From positions 36,210,001 through 36,274,000 of the forward strand of contig OZ249436.1 in the NCBI GenBank assembly GCA_965235115.1: DNA of 64,000 bases, given 5' to 3'. This DNA comes from Laetmonice hystrix (lineage: Eukaryota). The translations under genes and the position numbers were made by a program. Below are positions 53,171 through 61,517 of the stretch, piece by piece. The stretch's first letter is position 1; every line of letters starts with the position of its first letter. The notes beneath the pieces were generated by a model. The model was not told the origin of the DNA. It did not search any database and saw only the letters and a program-made list of their open reading frames with translations.

Positions 53171-53235
53171 AGAGGATAGAAATTACAGATAGGGTCAAGC
53201 GCTACGGTCTGTGGACTCCTTCCGAACGATTTTAG
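53171..53235 (+). CDS. Possible SLC46-like terminal exon
   Basis: Strong TTTTTATTTCAG| acceptor, phase-compatible; ERIEITDRVKRYGLWTPSERF*. Confidence 0.4.
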
Positions 53236-55281
53236 AAATGTTACCCTCATTGTTGGAGCGGAGCCTATCACGTTGGAAATGCACATCAAGGAGCTGTATT
53301 TGCCAGTGTTTAATCCGAAGATAGGAAATTGTTGGGACCAGGTATGGGCTGCCTAATGTTTGTAAAAATACTTTTGCCTAGGGCGTTAAATAGGATAGAG
53401 ACTGAAGTCACTGCTGGACATTCTGATTTGCTCACCAAGAGGCTTGCGCTATCAGTTCTGTAAAATGGCCGAATTGCTATGTTATTCAAGACAAGCCTTA
53501 TAAGTTCAGTATAACTACAGTATGCTACATGTTTAAAAAGGCAACAAAGTGATTTACAAGTATACTGTAACGTAAAACTACGTCAGATCCAGATGGCTAA
53601 AAATTCATATTATAATTATACTTGATATTGGAGAAAAAAGGTGAAGAGAAGTCTCACAGAACAATTCAGCCGTTAGCATTCTTGAAGAGGATGAGAAGAG
53701 ACACTGATCCGGATCTCTCAGATCTTTCTTATCAATACTTACGAAGTGTAAAAACAGTTGTTGTTTCACAAAACGTTATGTATGGATGAGGCACAGTATT
53801 ATGTATGGGTGCCTTATAAATGTGTCTTATGTAAATGAGACCCTGTAAAATTCAGTATCTTCATGTATTGCTAATTTAATTGAGGATCAAACTACACCAC
53901 AGGCCTTTAACAAATTCTTCACATTCAGAGATCTGCTGGACAGAATTGCCCAAAACCATGCTTTCAGTAGGCCTATATTATGTTGGACAGAGAAGTATAT
54001 TATAGGCCCTATAGGCCCCAACGTACGCCCTATATCTGCATAGGCCCCTATCTGCATATAATGTATGCTGGGTTGAACTGCCATAATGTATTACATGTAC
54101 AAGGCACTGTACAGACTTTCCTCAACCGTTCCCCTTGTCCCCAAAGTCTAGGTGACGCCCTCTATGGGATTATGAAGATCCATAATTTTTCAACGATTTC
54201 TGTATGTTGTGAATATAATCTTGCCTTGAAGTAAATGTTGACTGTGGTGAAACTTGCCAAAAATACAATGCTGGGGGGGGGGGGGGCTCTTGGAGATAGA
54301 CAACACCCGTTTCATAATACAGTTCTCTAAGTATCCATGGGTGGTTCATGGGCAAGTCTATACATAGCCCCGTTAAAGATACATGTATACTAATGAAGTG
54401 CCTCTCGGACCTTGCGTCCTCCAGTTGTAAGCTGGGCCTACTCATAATATAGATGTCTGATGACCCGTGACGCCCTCCGTTTATTTGAATCTCGCTCCGC
54501 CATTCTTACTGTCCACCTGCTACAGCAATGGAGGTGCAGGATAGGCCTATACAAACAACAACATGTATCGAGAAATGCCTACTCCATATGCAGGTTATAT
54601 TAATAAATATACATGTACTCATACCAATTCCAATGTATTGTTGGGCCTGACGATCCTCAAACTGACTGATATGTATTAGGCCTGTAACAACACCCGTCCA
54701 GGACATTTAAAGGTGTGTACCATGACTTGTGTATGAGATACTCAGTGCTTCTCACCTAACTACACCTGCAGAAATAATAATAAAAAATAAATAAATTTTA
54801 TGCCTGTGTTTTTTTTAATTCAAACTCTGACAGAAGGATATAGTCTGTGTAAAATTGTAGTAGATCTAATCGTAAATGAATTCTGAAGAGAACAAATTAA
54901 AATGGTTGGTGGTGGTGGCGGTGGTGGTGGTGGTGGTGGTGGTGGGGTGGGGGTGCGTCATTACGACAGCGGCCCAGGGCAACTCCTTGCCAATTAAAAT
55001 AATTTTGCCTAAAGTCTAGGCTATATAATGTCCCATTGTTATGTTGGGCTTATAGCAGGGGCGGATCCAGAAAATCTCGGGGGTGGGGAAGAGGGCCCGG
55101 GCAATCGGACGAAGCACAACTTACGAGCCCTGAAGGCAGAGTATAGGGCCGGGTCCTCCCCCAGAAAATTTTAAAAGTAGCCACTCGTTCCTAGCGCTAT
55201 GGCTTTTGGGGGCCGCTTTGTCCTTTTGGCTGTTCAATCCACACTCTCAGGCTTTTTTTGCTTGTTTGTGTGTCTGTGTCT

Positions 55282-55312
<31 letters not shown>

Positions 55313-55547
55313 GGGTCCAGGGTGACCGGGGCCTACATAACATAGATCTTTAGGCCTGACATGTAGGGACTTAGGCCTAGCTTATTTTCGTTTTCCCTGT
55401 TTATCCAATAGCCCCTTCCAGAAGAGTCTGGAAGAGTCTATAAAATTAATATAGGCCTATAGACTTCCAGAAAAACAATCGACCGATGACATTTTTAAAG
55501 AGTAGAAGCCTCTGGAACCCAAACGGTCCATTTCCCTATATATAGTC

Positions 55548-55875
55548 AGGCCCGTAACCAAGGGGGGGGGGGGGGGGGGGTCCATGCATAGGCCCATCCA
55601 ATACTAACCAGTGTAAAAAAGTTTTCTATGTTATAGGCCTATGGGTCTATGTTAAAAAATAAGTGTGGCATAAAACATGTGCACAGTGAAATAATAGGCA
55701 GGTTATAAAAATATAGGTTTTAAGACCTATAGTGTTATAGATCTAGGCCTATGTTTAAAAAAAAATAGGCCTATGGTAAAAAGGTTCAGCTCCTCCCGAA
55801 AACCGAAAAGACCCCCCCCCCCCCCCTTTAGGCCTAATTGGAAATCCTGCGTAGGGGCCTAGATCTACGGGCCTG
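55548..55875. mobile_element. hAT-like MITE upstream of the ABCC gene
   Basis: CAGGCCCGTA ... TACGGGCCTG, with poly-G and poly-C arms. Confidence 0.6.
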
Positions 55876-56430
55876 CTTGATCGCGAGTTCTAGCATGCAT
55901 GAACCCCCTTCATTTGGGGGGCATGGAGCCAGGGGCGTATAGAGCTCTTGGCTGAATTAAATGTGTAGATCTAGGCATTTTTTTTGGGGGGGGGGAGGGC
56001 ATTCTTTGTTGGCAAATCACATGTAACTTTTGGAGTCTATTTGAGCCTAATTTAATTTTAGGCATAGATAAACATAGAATCTAAGGGCCTATAGGCCTAT
56101 TGCATTTTTGGCAAATCTAGGCCTATTTGTTATCTGGGCCAAAAATTGTATGGAAGCTACGCGCCTGGGCTGACCACGCCCTGGGGGACCACGTGCACGC
56201 GCGGGAAGTGCTTGCTGCCCTGAGTCTACACTGGTTCCCAAAGGTACCACTACGCTACACTGGCGCTGCGTTGCGCTCGCTCCGTGGCTCCGTGGTGGAC
56301 AGGGGACCAGTCTACCCTGAGTCTATGAAACTCCTCACAGAGGAGTTCCAGATTCCGCTTCCTGTGTGAGGGAGGCGCATGCTCATCGAGAGGCCATTTG
56401 TCGCTGGAGTCAACCCCTTGTGGAGGATGA

Positions 56431-56511
56431 ATGCCTGACAAGGTGAAAAGCTACCAATCCTGGGCATTGCATTCACCGATGATGGATTCGTTTTGTGGGT
56501 CACCGTTATGG
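56431..56511 (+). CDS. ABCC1/MRP-like ABC transporter, exon 1 (start at 56431 or 56479/56482)
   Basis: MPDKVKSYQSWALHSPMMDSFCGSPLW|GTCAGT; the FC...PLW|D junction is typical of long MRPs; in-frame TGA lies immediately upstream of 56431. Confidence 0.8.
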
Positions 56512-56957
56512 GTCAGTATACATTGGTACTTGTAATAATGTCATGATGGTGGGCAGGTGATGTACGCCGCCGAAAGTGTTGATCGTTTCGTTGTTGTTGC
56601 GTGTTGGTGTCGCCTGTCGGCATGGTCGGTGAACGGAATCGTGCGTCAAGCCACACACAGAACGCAGTCGGTGTGGGTTTGTCGGTGCCGACTGAGCGTG
56701 CTGTGGATGGGGTTGGGAGGCGGGTTGTATTTAAAGGTGGCCCTAATCGGAATGACAAATGACATGGAATAACGAATGACCAAACAAATTTGGCATTTAG
56801 GACTGCCAAGGGAGCAGGCCTTATGTTATGATAATGATAATAACAGTTAGACCGTCTATCATACTCTATGCCATTCTTTTTAGACATTCGGTAATGTGTA
56901 ATGTGCCTAGAATCTACATTAAATTTTGTTGACTGTTGTGTAGGCATTCACCATCCG

Positions 56958-57164
56958 CAGACCTGAAATTAAGGGAAATTTGCGTAACCCATTTTTCATT
57001 CCCCTGTTTTTTATTTTAGGTAACCGACAGGGGAACGAAAAGACCGTTCACCTGTAAAGTTAGTCTCAGGCTTGCAAAATTTGCAGGTGAACGGATTTTC
57101 GTTCTCGGCCTTTCCATTTTAGGTGAACCATACGTGTTCGCGTCTTAAATTAAAATCAGGCCTG
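56958..57164. mobile_element. hAT-like MITE with 6-bp TSD CATCCG and an internal hairpin
   Basis: CATCCG|CAGACCTGA ... TCAGGCCTG|CATCCG; internal GAACGAAAA..CCGTTCACCTG / CAGGTGAACGG..TTTTCGTTC. Confidence 0.7.
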
Positions 57165-57311
57165 CATCCGCCCTACTGCTTTTTGTGTCGAATCTAACAA
57201 AATACTTGCAATACCTGTAAGAACAATATTATTAGAGAAAATCATAAAGTGGAGCCTTTATTTCTATAGTGCCTTTAACAGGGAGCAATTGTCATTCGGT
57301 TCTGTCATCGA

Positions 57312-57660
57312 ATACACGACATGTCCGCCCCTCGGTACTATGCCCGCCCGCCCGCGGTGCCTCTGTGATAGACACTCGACTCTGCCAGGCCACCCTGTCC
57401 CTGCCGCCCGTGGTCCCGGGGAAAGCCGTCAACGTGACTAGGACAGTCTACTGAGTTAGAGTGTATCAACAACTCGAGATCAACTGTTGTAATCGCTAAG
57501 TACCCAACAAATGAGAGCCACCTCGTCGTAGGTAACATGTCCCTTGCCGGGCGCCTCTTGAGCGAAGCGGCGAGTGCCGGACATGAAGGGGGACATGACC
57601 GGGGGTAGGGGCCTCCATCCCGGGGGGCGGACATGGCGACGGGCGGACACGTCGTGTTAC
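57312..57660. mobile_element. GC-rich TIR element
   Basis: ACACGACATGTCCGCCC ... GGGCGGACACGTCGTGT. Confidence 0.55.
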
Positions 57661-57999
57661 CCTGTCATCTCCTGAATCAGTTCAAATTGGTGATTACCAC
57701 TCCAGCAGCTAGTAACTAATAATTATTTGTCAGTTTAGGATTTTGGAGTGGTCATGTACAGACACTGAGACAGTCCCAGCCTGGGGACCTCCCAAGTTTC
57801 CAGTTTGTGGTGCTGATCTAATCCTCTCCATGTAGGCCTATAGTAGTCTAGTGTGTCGAGGCACTATCTAGGACACACTGTTGAGGCACTATCTAGGACA
57901 CATTACCATTCCAGCAGCTAGTAACTAATAATTATTTGTCAGTTTAGGATTTTGGCAAAAGGAGGGGTCATGCACAGACACTGAGACAGTCCCAGCCTG

Positions 58000-58197
58000 G
58001 GGTGCGTTGCATAAAAAATCCCCGCCCGTTAAATCTGACGCTAACGGTCAGTTAACGAGATGTAGCGTTGCATAATAAATTCCCATCTGCTACAGTTCCC
58101 GTTAACTGTTGTTTTTTAACGGGCACCTAAAAGGGCCCCGCTATTTTAACGGGGCATTTAAAAGGAGTGGGCGGGGATTTTTTTATGCGACGGGCCC
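58000..58197. mobile_element. Harbinger-like MITE (CWG flanks)
   Basis: CTG|GGGTGCGTTGCATAAAAAATCCC ... GGGATTTTTTATGCGACGGGCCC|CAG. Confidence 0.8.
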
Positions 58198-58995
58198 CAG
58201 GGGAGAGATTGAGCTGAGCCTGGGGTGCTCTAGAAAATGCATATTTCTAACAACGTAATAATTTTTTTTTTTTCAAATTTAGTTCTACCTGTACAATTTA
58301 TGCAAATGGTAAGGCTAAATTCTCAAATTAATATAAAGTAGAATGATAAATTAACAAACTGTTGTTTTTATTGGGGGTTGAACTGGGTGACCTCCTAAGT
58401 TCCCAGTTTGTGGTCATCTCCATGTATAGTACTAGTGTGTCGAGGCACTATCTAGGACATAGACACACTGTTGAGGCACTATCTAGGACACACTTTCAAT
58501 TTCTGTTTCTGGAAGCTTTCAGTTTCAAGTTTCTCTTTCAACGTTCAGTCAATGTTTATAATATCCACCACTTTCACTAATGTAATGTCAGTGATATAAA
58601 GAGTACCACTACTAGTACACACAAAGAGAAATACAAGTGTACCCAAAGAAACCTGCCATATAATTAATTAACTTAAGCCATTCTTGGATAACACTTTAAA
58701 AAGACTGCAGTTCTGAAGAGACACTGATTTATCCTAAAATGTGCATGGCAGAGTTGCTGCATCTTCAGTACAGATATTAGTTCTCTGCTCAATCATGAAT
58801 TCATGATATAGGTATGGTAGTGAGGTGCTCATGTCATGAATTAGGCAAACTTTCCAACCAAGGCCTATCTGGATATGATGAAAGATTTAAATACAAATAC
58901 GGTTAGAGACAAATAAAATGGCATATTTTTTTGAAACACATTGTATGAATTCAGAAATGATTTAAATCCTCACTGAAATTATGTTTTATCTGCAG

Positions 58996-59172
58996 GATTC
59001 GCAGCTGACCCTGAACACCACCAGTCCAGACCTCACGCCATGCTTTCAGCATACAGTGTTGATATGGATTCCTTGTGGCATCTTGTTCTTGCTCTCTTTC
59101 CCCTACTATTTGAGCCTGCGTCAATCAACATGCGAACCCATCAGGCACAATGCCTTCAACATTACCAAAACA
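58996..59172 (+). CDS. ABCC1/MRP-like exon 2 (TMD0)
   Basis: TGCAG| acceptor; DSQLTLNTTSPDLTPCFQHTVLIWIPC...NITKT, matching MRP1 PD.T.CFQ.TVL.W.PC; ACA|GTAGGT donor; 177 nt, phase 0. Confidence 0.9.
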
Positions 59173-59227
59173 GTAGGTGACAAGAAGTTGGCCATATTAT
59201 TAACATGATCTAATATTAACTAAATTA

Positions 59228-59314
59228 CCGTATATGTCCCTTTAGCCGCACTTGTGCGTGTGCAGAAAAGGTGTGCGGCAAATAGGTAGAGCGCGGCTAA
59301 AGGGACATATACGG
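59228..59314. mobile_element. 87-bp TA-flanked MITE (Tc1/mariner/pogo-like)
   Basis: TA|CCGTATATGTCCCTTTAGCCGC ... GCGGCTAAAGGGACATATACGG|TA. Confidence 0.85.
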
Positions 59315-59482
59315 TACAAGTTTGATTAGTGATATTTAGAGCAAAATTTGTATTGTGCAGACTCTCCCTGGGTTTTGTTACTTCTATTCTAAAGTTTAAA
59401 AAGGGTAATTTGCTGAGATGTTGCTGTAATAGCATTAATTCCCAGTGCCTAATTAGTTAATTTAGACAATTGATTTTTACAG

Positions 59483-59608
59483 GTGTTGAGCCTTATTCTG
59501 GCAGTATTGGCTTTGGCTGACTTATTCCGTCGTGTTCACGAGCGCACACAAGGTCAGCATGTTTATGGGGTGTTCATACTCGCACCATCTCTGCGCTTTG
59601 TTACCATG
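59483..59608 (+). CDS. ABCC1/MRP-like exon 3
   Basis: TTTTACAG| acceptor; VLSLILAVLALADLF...FILAPSLRFVTM; ATG|GTAAGC donor; 126 nt. Confidence 0.88.
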
Positions 59609-59916
59609 GTAAGCAATTTTGTTAATTTTGAAATTACAACTAAAATAAAAATAGAAAGGAGCAATTGAGTTGCTATAATTATAAAACTAAAGACTTATCT
59701 TAAATTTTTAATTACTATGTGGCAAATTAATACAGCTTAAAAGTTAAAATCCAACTCTTATAATAATACCTTATAATGACTTTTATTTATTATATAGTAA
59801 AAATATCGAGGTAAATACAATAGGTTAAGATCATACACTTATTCTATTGTATTTACCTCACATTTCTAACCTAATGTTTTCCCCAAGTTCATAGATATGG
59901 TGGGTGACTGTTGTAG

Positions 59917-60048
59917 ATCCTAGCTGCTTTGGTGCAACAGTTCAGTCGTTTAAAAGGCAAGCGATCGTGTGGAATACTCTTCATCTATTGGTTATTCTCA
60001 TTGTTCAGTGCCATCTTCATCCTCGCCAGCCATATCAGAGGAGTTGTG
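59917..60048 (+). CDS. ABCC1/MRP-like exon 4 (TM3 end to TM4); alternative in-frame donor at 60060
   Basis: TTGTAG| acceptor; ILAALVQQFSRLKGKRSCGILFIYWLF (MRP1-like KG..SSG.L..FW); GTG|GTCAGT or CAG|GTTCAA, both phase 0. Confidence 0.85.
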
Positions 60049-60421
60049 GTCAGTAAACAGGTTCAATGGGATTGTTAATTACATCAAATTGGGATAGCAA
60101 GCTGTTTTCATAAGGACAAGACCACTTGCTGGCACTTTATCACTGAGGTGTGTTTGTAAACTTACTGAACTGGAAGGACCTGTTGCTGGGCAGATGTGTT
60201 CACATCTTGGCAAACCTAAGCAGGCTTTTCATCATTGCAGTAACTGGGTGTACAAATAAGACAATACATCATGTTAAGACATGTATAACTTTAACCTCAT
60301 GCAATAAAAAGTATGACATCCTTGTATTCCCAATAAAACTGGAATTATGTCTCCATGTATTTCACAGCCAGTGGTTAAGCTGTATATCATGTGATTCCAT
60401 TTCTTGTTGTTTTTATTTCAG

Positions 60422-60565
60422 TTGTCACAGTCAAGCAGTCTTGAAAGCATTACCACTGGTAATGGCAGCAGTGTGGTGTACAGTTCCCTCCCAGTCAATG
60501 GATCAGGACCACTTTATAATCCTAACAGTATCACACCTGAAACAACCAGGGAGACCCCGCTCCAG
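60422..60565 (+). CDS. Putative extra ABCC exon (S/T/P-rich, two NGS sequons) with tandemly repeated donors extending to 61038
   Basis: Strong TTGTTTTTATTTCAG| acceptor; 144 nt, phase 0/0; LSQSSSLESITTGNGSSVVYSSLPVNGSGPLYNPNSITPETTRETPLQ|GTAATT. Confidence 0.6.
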
Positions 60566-61044
60566 GTAATTATATCATTGTCAGGACCACTTTATAATCC
60601 TAACAGTATCACACCTGAAACAACCAAGGAGACCCCGCTCCAGGTAATTATATCAGTGTCAGGACCACTTTATAATCCTAACAGTATCACACCTGAAACA
60701 ACCAAGGAGGCCCCGCTCCAGGTAATTATATCATTGTTAGGACCACTTTATAATCCTAACAGTATCACACCTGAAACAACCAGGGAGACCCCGCTCCAGG
60801 TAATTATATCATTGTCAGGACCACTTTATAATCCTAACAGTATCACACCTGAAACAACCAAGGAGACCCCGCTCCAGGTAATTATATCATTGTCAGGACC
60901 ACTTTATAATCCTAACAGTATCACACCTGAAACAACCAAGGAGACCCCGCTCCAGGTAATTATATCATTGTCAGGACCACTTTATAATCCTAACAGTATC
61001 ACACAGGTGCTGAAACAACCAAGGAGACCCCGCTCCAGGTAATT
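60503..61044 (+). repeat. 78-bp tandem repeat, 7 copies
   Basis: Unit TCAGGACCACTTTATAATCCTAACAGTATCACACCTGAAACAACCARGGAGACCCCGCTCCAGGTAATTATATCATTG starting at 60503, 60581, 60659, 60737, 60815, 60893, 60971. Confidence 0.97.
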
Positions 61045-61199
61045 GTCATATGTGTGACAGTCACAAATAAGGACCACTACCATGTCAGTTATGTGGCAAA
61101 GGGAAGAAAAATTTGGAAAAGTGCCAGCAGGCTGTCTGCTTTCTTCAAAATAGCCTAGTTTAGACATAATGATGACCCAGAGTTGGCACAGAGATCAAA

Positions 61200-61517
61200 C
61201 AGGGTTCCCACGGTCATGAAAAGTCATGGAAAATGGAATATGGTTTTCCAGGCTTGGAAAAGTCATGGGAAATAGAAAAACGAGGGAGAGTCATGGAAAA
61301 GTCATGGAATTTCAGATTTCTTTTGAACCACATTTCAGTTTCTGCACGTTGGGTCTAAATTGTAAAGTTTTTAACATACTATATAGGGGACAGTTGTAGA
61401 ATTTTAGTCTATTTTGTTAATTTTATCTGGAATTGGTAAAGAAATTTGGGAGCTTTGGTCTGGAAAAGTCATGGAGAAGTCATGAAATTTCAATATAGCC
61501 AACCTATGGGAACCCTG
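61200..61517. mobile_element. hAT-like MITE with AAAGTCATGG repeats
   Basis: CAGGGTTCCCA ... TGGGAACCCTG; flanks TCAAA/GCAAA. Confidence 0.75.

Noticed and set aside
60566..60955. Each 78-bp unit read as a 41-nt intron (GT...CCTAACAG) plus a 37-nt micro-exon
   Set aside because: The intron is shorter than usual metazoan minima and 37-nt exons shift frame; the alternative-donor reading is simpler
60404..61042. Stand-alone 212-aa gene
   Set aside because: Starts at a non-ATG codon inside a polypyrimidine tract; better explained as an ABCC exon plus repeat
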